DNA of 64,000 nucleotides. Origin: an uncultured Spirochaetia bacterium (GTDB lineage Bacteria; Desulfobacterota_D; UBA1144; Nemesobacterales; UBA2774). A program made the position numbers and the translations under genes. Numbering within the stretch: the first letter of the stretch is position 1; each line of letters starts with the position of its first letter. The notes under the pieces are model-generated. The model saw only the letters and a program-made list of their open reading frames with translations. It searched no databases and was not told where the DNA came from. The stretch is taken from assembly GCA_964586675.1 (NCBI GenBank), contig CAZPHQ010000001.1:127385-191384 (forward strand), given 5' to 3'. Below, piece after piece: positions 10,085 through 20,400 of this stretch.

Positions 10085-11281
10085 TTATTCTTCCGGTTTC
10101 TCCAAGCGCAGCTTGTACTGTCCAGACTTGACCGGATCGATCCGGTCGGCCTGTGCAAGCGCCCATTGCGTCCATTCTTCAAATTCCTGCCGGGATATGG
10201 GATTTTCTGCCATATCGTCTGCCTGCTTTACCATTTCTACATAAGCGCGGATTTCATTAGCTTGCCGGAAACTGTTTGCCTGATCCAGCAACTGGTCAAT
10301 GCAATCCTGCTCATACTTTCTTTTTCGTTCAATCCGCTGCCGCTCTTCCTCGATCTGACGCTTGCGTTCTTTTTCCTCTAACTTAGCTTTACGCTCGACC
10401 AGCCACTCATGATGCCGGATTTGTCTGTCACGGTAATATTTTTCACCCTCAACAATGATCTCGATGACAATATCCCGGTAAAATTTCTCAATTTTGCCAT
10501 TTTTATCATCCTGCCAGCTTTTTGCATCAGCCCTTGATTGATGCCAGCTTTCCAATGCCAATCGCATAGGGTCTTTACGGCCGCGTTCTTCAAAACCGTA
10601 TCCTTGCCGCTCCCTCTCAAGCTGTTTGCTAATATTGGCGCTATCCAACGTAAAAGAGACATTTTGGTTGCCAATAGCCACTGATAGCTCTCTCGCCTGT
10701 TTGTCCCGCAGGGATGGTTTCATGCCGCATTGCTCAAGCCTTGTGAAAAGGGTATTTAGAATTTTCAGGCGGCGCTGTTCAAAGGGGTGGTCAAAAGAAG
10801 GGCCATCCCACAAAAACCAGTAACCTGACTCCAATCTGGCCTTTCGACGTTCAGCATCTTTTTCAAGCAATTTGGCAATGAGCCGGTGTGACTTATCCAA
10901 GGTTTTAACAAAAGCGGTTTTCCCGACCAGTTTTTCTACTCTGATCCGTACATCATCCATGGAGTCTTCAAATTCCGGTGGCAGAGGGAGTGGATTATTG
11001 AGAATTTCTGAATCGGATTCCCAATCATAATGGCCGTAATTGCTGCCGCCGATGACAACATCGTCGGACATGCCCAGTCCACGGGCAGGCAAGGCTCGTT
11101 TGGTCACTTTCTGACCGGCTTGCAATCTGTTCCAATATCCCCGCTCCGGCACCGGAATGTCTGATTTAACGCAGGCTTTGGCCAGACCACGGCCGGAAAT
11201 ATCGTATTTTTTGGCCAACTGATACATAGGCTCAGACCAAACAAGGTCGTAAAGCTGCTGGCGTGAAAACCGTTTGCTCAT
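10085..11281 (-). CDS. conserved hypothetical protein (N-terminal HTH-like module, C-terminal E/R/K-rich helix)
   Basis: 398 aa. The N-terminus LYDLVWSEPMYQLAKKYDISGRGLAKACVKSDIPVPERGYW is a module I recognise from many uncharacterised bacterial proteins. The C-terminus has a charged helix, ERKAKLEEKERKRQIEEERQRIERKRK. Confidence 0.7.
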   Translation of the reverse strand: MSKRFSRQQLYDLVWSEPMYQLAKKYDISGRGLAKACVKSDIPVPERGYWNRLQAGQKVTKRALPARGLGMSDDVVIGGSNYGHYDWESDSEILNNPLPLPPEFEDSMDDVRIRVEKLVGKTAFVKTLDKSHRLIAKLLEKDAERRKARLESGYWFLWDGPSFDHPFEQRRLKILNTLFTRLEQCGMKPSLRDKQARELSVAIGNQNVSFTLDSANISKQLERERQGYGFEERGRKDPMRLALESWHQSRADAKSWQDDKNGKIEKFYRDIVIEIIVEGEKYYRDRQIRHHEWLVERKAKLEEKERKRQIEEERQRIERKRKYEQDCIDQLLDQANSFRQANEIRAYVEMVKQADDMAENPISRQEFEEWTQWALAQADRIDPVKSGQYKLRLEKPEE

Positions 11282-11571
11282 GGCTGATGTCTCTAAGCTC
11301 TACAAACCCTATAGTGCTAAAAATTATTAACTTATAAGAAATGTTGCGTAACAGCCTTTGGGGAAATAATTAATTGTAAAGATGTTCCAAATGCCACTAT
11401 AAATATATACTAGATAAAAGGGTAATCATTAATCCGAGTTGTATACTGCGGGATGACGGAATGAAGGAGCACATATCGATACAAGGACATGACGATTATA
11501 AACTCGATTGCCGGCTAATGGCGTACACAATTTAATCCAGATTCGTTCAGCTGCATGATATGGAGGTATGT

Positions 11572-12438
11572 ATGGATTCTGAACTTTTCAAAGAGTCGGT
11601 AGAGTACGAACGGCTGACTCAGGCTGTCTATCAAGCCATTATTCGCAAGGAAGGCCAGAACATCGAAGTTGTTCATAACCAAGATGTCATTGGAAAATCA
11701 GGCGTTGCTCACCAAGTCGACGTGCTTTGGCGCTTCAAGTTAGCTGGCGTCACACATCTCGTCCTCATCGAGTGTAAGAACTATGCCAGCACTCTGACGC
11801 TTGAGAAAGTCAGGAATTTTTTTGCGGTGCTGCATGACATCGCTAATTGTTCAGGTTTGATGGTGACCCGCACAGGATATCAATACGGCGTGGAGCAGTT
11901 TGCAAAGTTTTACGGTATTGGTCTTAAGTTGCTTCGCCATCCCGAACCTGAGGATTGGATAGGAAGAATCAAGAATATACATATCAACTTTCATATCCGA
12001 GAAGTGGTCAGCAGTGAGGATCGACCGATTCGTGTAAACGTCAAATTTGAAGCAAAGGATGCAGATCAAGAAAACTACCTGAAGGAGCTCCAATCCAAAG
12101 GGCGTCTCTCGATGCCTTCTGCTCCAGACATGGTGTTCTGGTCTGGCGACAGAAAAAATGTGACGGAAGAGTTGCGCTGGTGGCTTCCGAAGCAACTCGA
12201 AGTGGCTGGGAAAGCCGATGGTGGTCCCTATATACAAGTGATTCCTCTTAGCGACCACTATCTTCTTTTCAATCCTGGCGACGGTGACGAAGTATTCGTC
12301 AAAGTTAATCAACTTGAAGTCGAATACTTCGTCGAGACTATCGACAACACAGATATGGTGGTTCTGGGTGAAGATCTTATCGAAGCAATTCTCAAAGACT
12401 TTAATTCCGGCGACGTGGAATACACAAAGTTGAAATAG
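11572..12438 (+). CDS. restriction endonuclease-fold (Mrr_cat-like, PD-(D/E)xK) protein with an unassigned C-terminal domain
   Basis: ORF 11560..12438 trimmed to the ATG at 11572 (GGAGG 7 nt upstream). The core HQVDVLW...LVLIECKNY...GLMVTRTGYQYGVEQFA matches the D...ExK Mrr catalytic pattern. The C-terminal 160 aa or so are unassigned. Confidence 0.7.
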   Translation: MDSELFKESVEYERLTQAVYQAIIRKEGQNIEVVHNQDVIGKSGVAHQVDVLWRFKLAGVTHLVLIECKNYASTLTLEKVRNFFAVLHDIANCSGLMVTRTGYQYGVEQFAKFYGIGLKLLRHPEPEDWIGRIKNIHINFHIREVVSSEDRPIRVNVKFEAKDADQENYLKELQSKGRLSMPSAPDMVFWSGDRKNVTEELRWWLPKQLEVAGKADGGPYIQVIPLSDHYLLFNPGDGDEVFVKVNQLEVEYFVETIDNTDMVVLGEDLIEAILKDFNSGDVEYTKLK

Positions 12439-12495
12439 TAATATCCTATATAGTTTTTATCAAAGTGCGTTTGCACATGAGCTATTGATGATATT

Positions 12496-14079
12496 CTACG
12501 CCGGATGTTCCTGAAATAAATTCTGTTGCAATAACGGATATCCGGTCGTCAGGCCGATTTCTTTTGCAAGGTCATCCATCGGCACGTTAGCCAGCTCCTT
12601 CGGTTCAAGTTTGTGAAGCCCGCCGCCATAAACACGACCTTCATCAAGAAGCTGTTGGGCATCTATATTGTTAAGATATGACCAGACTTTTTTCATCAGG
12701 GAAGGGTCTTTTGCCAAAGCGTTCGATAAAGCTTTTTTAGGATACATCATCAGGTAAACATTGGTGGCAATGGCGTTTGATTCATTCAATATAAACCGGA
12801 AAGGTCTGCCATTCTTTTTATCGCTGCGGCCGATATAGGTGCAGATAAAGGGAGCGGGGGCGCGGTCTTCCTGCCTGTGCCAAGGCTTGCGCGAACGACA
12901 TAGATAGCGCTCGGATACAGACGGAATGCCCGTTTCCAGGTACTTCCAGAGCGCGGGGTAGAGTTTTTTAATCTCATGTTCGCCAAGGCGGCAGTCCAGT
13001 ATAAAAAGCTGTTTATCTAAAACGGGATTGCCGTGCCGGTCGCCAATGACATGATCTGTTGCAAGGTATCGCGGGCTTGGCAGGATAGGCTGGAAGAATT
13101 TCAAAGGCAGTTTCAGCTCTTCAATTTTCTCGCGGCTGAAAATAAAAAATTTGTTATCACCTGTCGCCAGGCCGCGCTTGATCTGAAAAAGATCACCAAG
13201 CGTTATGGCCGCTTTCTCGCTGCGAATATCCGCAAGCGGGAATCGAATCCATTTCGGCTCATACTGCAAGATGTGCGTGGAAACAAATTTACGCAGCTTA
13301 GGATTATTGACCGTGCCGCCGAAGGTGAATTCAACGACGTTGTCTTTTGACGGCATTTCATTCCGGAAGAAAACGACAGCGGATGACACCAGGGCGTCAT
13401 CAAACTGGACATCGTTGGGATCAAAACGGTGTATGCGTAGCAGATTGACCTTTGTAAGCAGGTAACGTTTTACGGCTGTACCGTAATTCACATTCATGAA
13501 CTCGCTCGGCACCAACCAAGCGGCAACGCCGCTTGCGGCCATCCAGGGGTGCGATAACGCCATAAAATAGCAATACAGCCCGGACAGGCCGGTGATTTTT
13601 ATATCGGCGGATTTCTGGGCGGCATGTTGAAGCCGCAATTTTTCACCGTTCACGATATGGTGATGACGTACATAAGGGGGATTGCATACAAGAAGGTTGA
13701 AGCGCCCGTATTCATTCTTCGGCGGGATAGCCGCCGTGAAGTCCTCCAAATGTATTTTCAATGGTGAATTGGCCCATAGGGAACGCGCGGGACCGGCATA
13801 ATGAGGGTCTATCTCATAACCTTCGGCGGCCGATATTCTGCCGGGCGGCAGGACGCTTTGTAATGCCGAATAAAAGGAGCCCGTTCCGAAGGCGGGATCG
13901 AAAAAACGGACGGGTGAGCCGGAAGGCAACAAGCTTTGTGCATAGCCAACAATTTCCCTTGCAAGCTCCGTCGGCGTTGCAAACTGGCCGAGAATGTTGC
14001 GCTCTTCCTGCGTCTTGACGGCGTCAAGCTCGCTTTGAAGCGTTAATCTGCAGTCTTCCTGTGCGTAATTTTCTTTCAT
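12496..14079 (-). CDS. N6-adenine DNA methyltransferase, Eco57I-family (type II R-M methylase)
   Basis: AdoMet motif FFDPAFGTGSF, followed by the catalytic LLVCNPPYVRHHH (NPPY). There is a large C-terminal target-recognition region. The start lies 3 nt after the stop of the upstream nuclease gene. Confidence 0.9.
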   Translation of the reverse strand: MKENYAQEDCRLTLQSELDAVKTQEERNILGQFATPTELAREIVGYAQSLLPSGSPVRFFDPAFGTGSFYSALQSVLPPGRISAAEGYEIDPHYAGPARSLWANSPLKIHLEDFTAAIPPKNEYGRFNLLVCNPPYVRHHHIVNGEKLRLQHAAQKSADIKITGLSGLYCYFMALSHPWMAASGVAAWLVPSEFMNVNYGTAVKRYLLTKVNLLRIHRFDPNDVQFDDALVSSAVVFFRNEMPSKDNVVEFTFGGTVNNPKLRKFVSTHILQYEPKWIRFPLADIRSEKAAITLGDLFQIKRGLATGDNKFFIFSREKIEELKLPLKFFQPILPSPRYLATDHVIGDRHGNPVLDKQLFILDCRLGEHEIKKLYPALWKYLETGIPSVSERYLCRSRKPWHRQEDRAPAPFICTYIGRSDKKNGRPFRFILNESNAIATNVYLMMYPKKALSNALAKDPSLMKKVWSYLNNIDAQQLLDEGRVYGGGLHKLEPKELANVPMDDLAKEIGLTTGYPLLQQNLFQEHPA

Positions 14080-14082
14080 CGT

Positions 14083-15054
14083 TTACAATCCAAAACTGGC
14101 AAGGTCATCGATCCGGTGTTCCCAAACCCAGTCGATCCCTTCCGCCGCTTCATATCCTAAATAACCACTGTCAAAATATCCGCATAAAAAAAGATTGAAC
14201 CGGACCCTGTCGCCGTAGGTGCTGTGGAGCTGCGCCATCTTTACGGCTTCTTCCTTGCGGCGTTTGTTAACATTAGTAAAGTCGCCGGCTGATTTTGCCT
14301 CGATAAACACGGGAAAATCGCCTTCTATAGCCGTCTTAGGCATGATCGCTGCGTCGATGGGAATATTGATCTGACCAACACCGCCTTCAAGCTTTACAGG
14401 CACATTCATCCGGAAACTGAATGATCCGGGAGGCATATTTTCAAATGTCATGCCGTCGCCGGAAACAACATGTCGGTAATCGCGGGCTTCAAGCCATGCC
14501 TTGATTGCCGATAACTGCCTCTTTTCCTGGGCGTTGCGGATGATCGGATTGGCCTCGGCCCCGCATAAACGATCAGCTATGATGGTTGCGGCCCGGTGGA
14601 TTTCAGCTTCGGTAGGCGGTTCCATCCGTCCCCGCCAGACAAAAATATCGGGATCGGCCATTTTCTCTATAATGGCCCCTATTTTACTCAATTCCTCGTC
14701 CAGCCGGGTTTTACTCATGCGAGGCGGTATCTTTTTATCTCTATCCATTGTTTTGACAAAGCTTTTTGATACCTTGGCAAGACCGATGAGGCGATCCACT
14801 GCCAGGGGTGGACAGGTGGACATGCGCAGGGTCGGAAGGACTTCCGGATGCTGCCTTAAAATCTCCGGACGTATGTCGGTGAGGTTTCCAGTGGATTTTA
14901 GAGTGTCTTCAACATCTTTTGTTGTCTGGATGCGAGTTTTTCTGAAGGCATCAGGCGCAAATTTCATGAACCAGTCATTGTACATATCAACCGACTGGAT
15001 AATATCGGCCTTCCACTGATGCGGTTTATCTAGGTTTACGCCCATATCCGGCAA
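14083..15054 (-). CDS. type II restriction endonuclease, XamI-like (PD-(D/E)xK)
   Basis: NIPIDAAI...FPVFIEAKSAGDFTNVNKRRKEEA gives a D...EAK catalytic pattern, and the sequence resembles my recollection of the XamI family. It is tightly coupled to the methylase. The start is ambiguous (TTG at 15054 or ATG at 15045). Confidence 0.65.
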   Translation of the reverse strand: MPDMGVNLDKPHQWKADIIQSVDMYNDWFMKFAPDAFRKTRIQTTKDVEDTLKSTGNLTDIRPEILRQHPEVLPTLRMSTCPPLAVDRLIGLAKVSKSFVKTMDRDKKIPPRMSKTRLDEELSKIGAIIEKMADPDIFVWRGRMEPPTEAEIHRAATIIADRLCGAEANPIIRNAQEKRQLSAIKAWLEARDYRHVVSGDGMTFENMPPGSFSFRMNVPVKLEGGVGQINIPIDAAIMPKTAIEGDFPVFIEAKSAGDFTNVNKRRKEEAVKMAQLHSTYGDRVRFNLFLCGYFDSGYLGYEAAEGIDWVWEHRIDDLASFGL

Positions 15055-15152
15055 TTATATCCCTGTATCTGATGATCATATCCGGTATCTTCAAAGATTC
15101 TTGCAGCTTAGTAAAACTAAAATCGTGTTTTCTGCCAAGGGTTACCAGAAAA

Positions 15153-16187
15153 TCAGCCTAATTCCCGTAATCTGTTGCGAAGCGCATCGGCCAGTTTCCG
15201 GACGAGGGCTAGCATCTGCCGGGCGTCATTTTCAGTCACGACAATCCGTTGCCCGATGCGATAGCTGCCATCGCGACTGCGGTCAATATAAAGCTGATCT
15301 ACGATGCCTTCGGTGTGTTCCAGTAAATGACGCCTTTGGAAAAGAACATTCAACCTGTCCAGCTCCAGCGGCGTCAGCCAGTCATCATAGCCTTGTCCGA
15401 TGGCGCTGCGCCATAATTCGCTACCTTGTTGCAGCTTCTGAAAAGCATTGCGTGGAGGCGGTGGGTTATCCGGCATCTTTATATAGAGCTGTCCGGCAAG
15501 TCGCTGGAATGCAGAAATGCAATCGCTGAAACAACTTTCGATCAGGGACCAGGAGGTATTTTCGGCTTCGTCCTCCAGACCGGCAGCTTCAAGGGCGGAT
15601 CGGATTGTGTTGATATTATGTAGCTTGCCTTCGGCCTTGTTTAATGAAACGTCAAAGGTACGCTCGACGGAATTATGCCCGCAGGCCGGGCAGAAGTAAG
15701 CGCAGCCGATAACTGCGAACCGGGCCGAACATTCTTCGCATTGTATTTCTTGTTCCATGGCATCTCGTGCCCTAAGGGGTACGATGACTGGGTTTGACGG
15801 TCGCCTATTTGTAATGGAGAGCGAGAGTTTGATAAATGAATTGCGGGGCTGTCTCCTATTAAATTCCTCCGCCCCCATACTTAAGCCACTGTGGATAGCT
15901 CTATGAACCTTCGTAGTCATATAGTCCCTTGCCTGGCGTCTTGCTTCTTCAAGCTGTTCGGTTGTCCACCAGTGGTCGGCCGGTGCTTCTTCACGGCAGC
16001 GGGGGCAGTACACAGCTTCATTTTTGAAAATATTTGTCCAGTCCTCTTTTTTCACTTTGAAAACGTATCGGCACTCCTCTCGCGGGCATTCCCTGTCAGT
16101 AAAACCCTTTTCGTCAGGCGTGAGGGGAAAACCGACGTTTATTGGTTCTTCCAGTTTTTTTAGCTCTTTTATAACGTCTTCAAACAT
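15153..16187 (-). CDS. double zinc-ribbon protein with a C-terminal HEPN-like (Rx4H) helical domain
   Basis: CPREEC...CPRC (aa 34-64) and CEEC...CPAC (aa 150-169). The C-terminal four-helix region carries FQRRHLLEHTEG (R286-x4-H291, nt 15315-15332). It is on the same strand as the R-M operon and 98 nt upstream of it. Confidence 0.7.
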   Translation of the reverse strand: MFEDVIKELKKLEEPINVGFPLTPDEKGFTDRECPREECRYVFKVKKEDWTNIFKNEAVYCPRCREEAPADHWWTTEQLEEARRQARDYMTTKVHRAIHSGLSMGAEEFNRRQPRNSFIKLSLSITNRRPSNPVIVPLRARDAMEQEIQCEECSARFAVIGCAYFCPACGHNSVERTFDVSLNKAEGKLHNINTIRSALEAAGLEDEAENTSWSLIESCFSDCISAFQRLAGQLYIKMPDNPPPPRNAFQKLQQGSELWRSAIGQGYDDWLTPLELDRLNVLFQRRHLLEHTEGIVDQLYIDRSRDGSYRIGQRIVVTENDARQMLALVRKLADALRNRLRELG

Positions 16188-17437
16188 ATTTTTTACTCTG
16201 TAGAATTATATTTTACTTGGATAATTGTAAAAGTTGAATAGCGCAGTCTGTGTGGGGAGGGCTTTACCAAGGGGAAATCCAACACTACGGCCGTCATTTT
16301 GGGGCATGGGGGACGCCTACCCTTCCCTGCCGGTTTTGAGGTCAGGTCGGTGGCGTTTTCGCGGAGAATGCGAAGGTTCTTTTCCGTTTTTTGCTGCCTT
16401 GACAGTTTTTCCTTTGGGAAAGGTCTTGTGATGTCGGCCATACACTCATGTAACTCCGTGATTATCTGTATGGTGCATTCTTGCCGGCCGCGTTTTTCCG
16501 TGCGGATGAGGCATAGATACTTGCGGTGCAGGGAGAGCCGCTCGCGAGCCTCGATCATATCCAGGGCTGCCGCTTTTCGCTGGAGAAGCTTCTGTAGAAG
16601 ATCTGGCGAGCGGCACAATCTACATTCTGCGAAGCAAGTCCGATCATCCGTCTGTCGCGGCGAACCGCGATATTCTACATAAGATCGGCGTCACCGGGGG
16701 GAGATCGAAACTCGCTTCGTCAATGCAAGCTGGACCCGACTTTCCTGATGGCCGAAGTGGAAGTCATCGCCACTTATGATCGAACACGCGGTGGATTAAG
16801 CTTTCAAGCTTGACTCTTTGAGCGCAGTTGAACATTGAAATCAAGGATCGATTCGGCAACCCGGTTAGACTCCGCGAATGGTTCCTCGTCCCTTTTTTCT
16901 CGTCCTCTTTTCATAGTCAACGAAGTGGTCGAAAGCATAAAGGACGGAACAATCACTCAATACGTTTACGATCCGAACGAAGCGCGTCTTGTGAATGTGG
17001 CTCCTGAAGCATGAGGGCCAGGCCCATGCATCCGGTCCGCGATACGGAAGACCCAAAAAAACTTCCTTAAGCTGCACCCGGCCGAGGCGGACAAGATTAG
17101 TTGCAGTCAAAACACTTTGAAGCCATCGGCGTGACATTTGCGAGCGCAATGACCACAGACAGCGTCTGAGCAAGAGAACAGATCGGATTCTTCGATTTAA
17201 TTAGCTGCTATTTCCTCAACCAAATGCCTGCCATCTCCAACAGCTAAAAAGTGATGATCACTCGGCAGTCTTTCATATCCGTTTCAAACGCTGAAAGGGG
17301 CAGCGCGCAATAGCATACACATAGCGAGATTGCAAGGTTGGAATATAGTCAAGATTAAATATAAGCGTTAATTAGTTAGTCTCTTGTGATTTTATATTTG
17401 AGTTGGTCCTATTATACTACTATCCAGAAATCCAATA

Positions 17438-20400
17438 ATGAATCTTGATGCTCTTAAAAAATATAATCTATCCGAAATAGCAAGTGCTGGCCCTCGCTAT
17501 ACACCCGGTCAGGACAAAAACGCGCCTAATCTTCATATTCAAGGGCTCGAAGATGCGCTTGATGCGCTAAGCCTATCAAAAGACTTTAGAAAACGCCTCC
17601 GGGGCTTAGCAAAACTGATTGCAAAAGCTCGTGAGGAGTCGACACACCAGGTAGATCAGTTGTTCAATGGCAAAAAACGATCGCCTCTTTATCTGAAGAA
17701 CCTCATAGAGAAGTTATCTGAGGCGAATCCGCAAGATGCAAAAAGTTTAATCAAGGAAATAAAGGTTGTAATTGAAACAATCAATAAGACCATTAGAAAA
17801 CGAGTGGATAAACTCTTTGAGTTGGAACGTAAGGAACGTGTGAAAAAAAGAGAACAAACTGGCGGCCATGATTATGAACGTAGTCGACTAATGCGTTTTG
17901 AAGAAAATATAGGAGATGTCGTTTCATATTTTTATTCAGCTCCCGATCTAATTTTAAATAATTGCGCTCTCCTGCTTGGCGAATGGGGGACGGGAAAAAC
18001 GCATTCGTTGTGCGATTTCGTAAAGAGACTAACCGAAAACGGCCATTATTGTGTTTTTTCAATAGCGCAGAATTTTCCTCTAAACACGGACCCTATTGAA
18101 GCAATATGCCAAAGAAGTAAGCTCTCAAAAAATATGTCAGAGTTGCTCTCTCACATGGAAAAATTTGGGCAGGAAAATAAGTGCCGCTCTCTTCTAATTG
18201 TGGATGGAATAAACGAAGGTGATAGAGAAGAGTGGAAAAGTGCGGTAGATAAGCTGTATAAAAGCATCAGCAGTATACAACATGTCGGTCTTGTTCTAAG
18301 CTGCCGTACGCCATTTCAGAAACTTATTTTTAACAAGCGCATACTGCGCCGTTATAAAGCTTTTTTTCATCAGGGTTTTAGCGAAATAGAGTTTGAAGCA
18401 CAGGAAGAGTTTTTTAAGTATTACAAAATTCCCTTTCCTGAAGTTCCGCTCTTGTCAGATGAATTTTCTAGGCCACTTACCCTTAAACTGATTTGTAAAG
18501 CTTTAGAAAATCTTACTACATCGAAAAAAAAGAGCACTTTCACGGGCATCGCTTCAGGTCAGAAGGGTATGACCTATATTCTGGAGAAATACATTCAGGA
18601 TTTAGGAGAACCCATCGAAAAAAACTTTAAGTTACCAGGAAAATTCTGCTGGACGTTTCTAAAAGGAACAACCAAGACCAAGGACGGATCAGAGGATGGT
18701 ATAGCGGTCAGGATGGCAAAAGATCAAAAGGAGGTTCTTTCCTATGAAGAAGCATTAGAAATCATTCTGAATGTAACAAAATGGGAATCAAAGGATAAAG
18801 CTAAAAAGTTTTTAAAGGCTATCGTTCACTCCGGCATCTTGTTTGAACATTTTATCTGGATAGATAGTGGATACGTGGATGCCATAAAGCTGCCATATCA
18901 AAAATTTAGCGACCATATTATCGCTCGACACCTTCTAGGTCGATACCTAAGCACCAAGTCTCCAACTGCAATTAAGAGAAGTTTTAATGCAAACAGGCCA
19001 TTAGGAAAGATTTTTGATATCAGTAAGCACGGTCATGAATATGAAATACCCAACTGGGCTGAAGCTCTTATGATCGAATTTCCTGAAAGAATTAAGAAAT
19101 TGAATTCGGAAAACAAGGAACTTATATATTATCTCCCAAAAAGCAAAAGACTCATTACTCCTTCGCTTGATCCATTCCTAAATAGCCTCTTATGGCGTCC
19201 GCCTTCGTCTTTTTGTCGGGGAACAGATGCAATAGTAGATCAGTTGCTTACTATAGGAACGGCAGAAACAAAACATCGTGTCCTCGATGTTCTATTGGCC
19301 CTCGCTGTAAAGAAAAATCATCCATATGGCGCCAAAAGGCTGGATGCATTCCTTTATAAGAAAGCGATGCCGGAACGCGATCTTTTCTGGTCTGAATTTC
19401 TTAGAAAAAGTTACGCCGCAGATACTCCTTATAAGGTAATTTCGTGGTCGATAACAGCTGCAAATCAAGGTATTTCAAAAAGTGTAGCGGAAAATTGCAT
19501 CATCATTCTTATGTGGTTTTTAACCAGTGTTAGCAAACCACAGAGAGATAAGGCAACAGAAGCGATTATAAATCTTGGATTTCTTTATCCAGATCTGGTC
19601 TTCGAAAAAACACTATATAGCATAACAATTAATGATCCTTACGTTTCGGAGAGAATGTTGAGCGCTTCATACGGCATTGCAATGAATAAATGGGCTGAAA
19701 ACCGAAAGAAGTTTAGGGAGCCATTTATGAATTTTGCTAAGGATATTGTGAAAGAAATGTTTCTTCCTGGTGGCAAATGGGGGACTCACAACGCAATATC
19801 TAGAGATTGCGCGCTAGGCTGTATAGAAATCGCGCGTTTGATGGATAAAAATTGTATAGCCAAACAATATCTGCAATATCTAAAACCCCCGTTTTCCCAT
19901 ATTAAATTATCGTTCAAAAAACCTAGAGATATAACAAAAAAGAAAATCGAGGCGGTCGAGTTTGCGATTCATATGGATTTTGAAAACTATACCATAGGAA
20001 GATTGATTCCTGGTCGCGGAAATTATCAATATAATCACCAAGGTTATCAGGCTGTTTTAAAGCAGATAAAGGGACGGATTTATGATCTTGGGTATAGGTC
20101 TGACCAATTTAAAAAAATCGACGAAGAGATTGCACGATATCAAGGGCCGGATACATCGGATCGTCCCTCAAAAAGAGAGAGATACGGTAAAAAGTATTCA
20201 TGGATAGCTTACTACGAGATGTATGGTTATCGTGAAGCTAATGGATTACTTAAAGAAAATAGAAATGACCACAGAATATCGGATATTACTTTCGATCCTA
20301 GTTTGCCCAAAGCCCCAAAGCCTTGTTCACTGAAGCTGCCAAATTTGTTTAGAAACAAGTTTAAAGGCACTTCACATTGGTTAGAATACGGTCTAACTCC

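Noticed and set aside
9628-10244. Track ORFs 9628..9930 (+) and 10020..10244 (+) at the left end of the island
   Set aside because: As standalone genes they are unconvincing. The first starts antisense inside the cupin gene, and the second overlaps the 398-aa gene antisense. Only the tail of the first (9796-9930) is interesting, as a potential recombinase extension after excision.
16193-16618. 141-aa minus-strand ORF ending 5 nt upstream of the ZnR-HEPN gene
   Set aside because: Not reported as a gene. There is no RBS or recognisable domain. The C-terminal third reads like translated AT-rich non-coding DNA, and competing ORFs overlap on the other strand. It is kept as a possibility in the spacer finding.
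16700-16990. YD/RHS-repeat-like peptides (ATYDRTRGGL, TQYVYDPNEARL) in plus-strand translations
   Set aside because: These are only two short matches interrupted by stop codons, with no extended RHS periodicity. They may be coincidence or a very decayed remnant, so no pseudogene is annotated.
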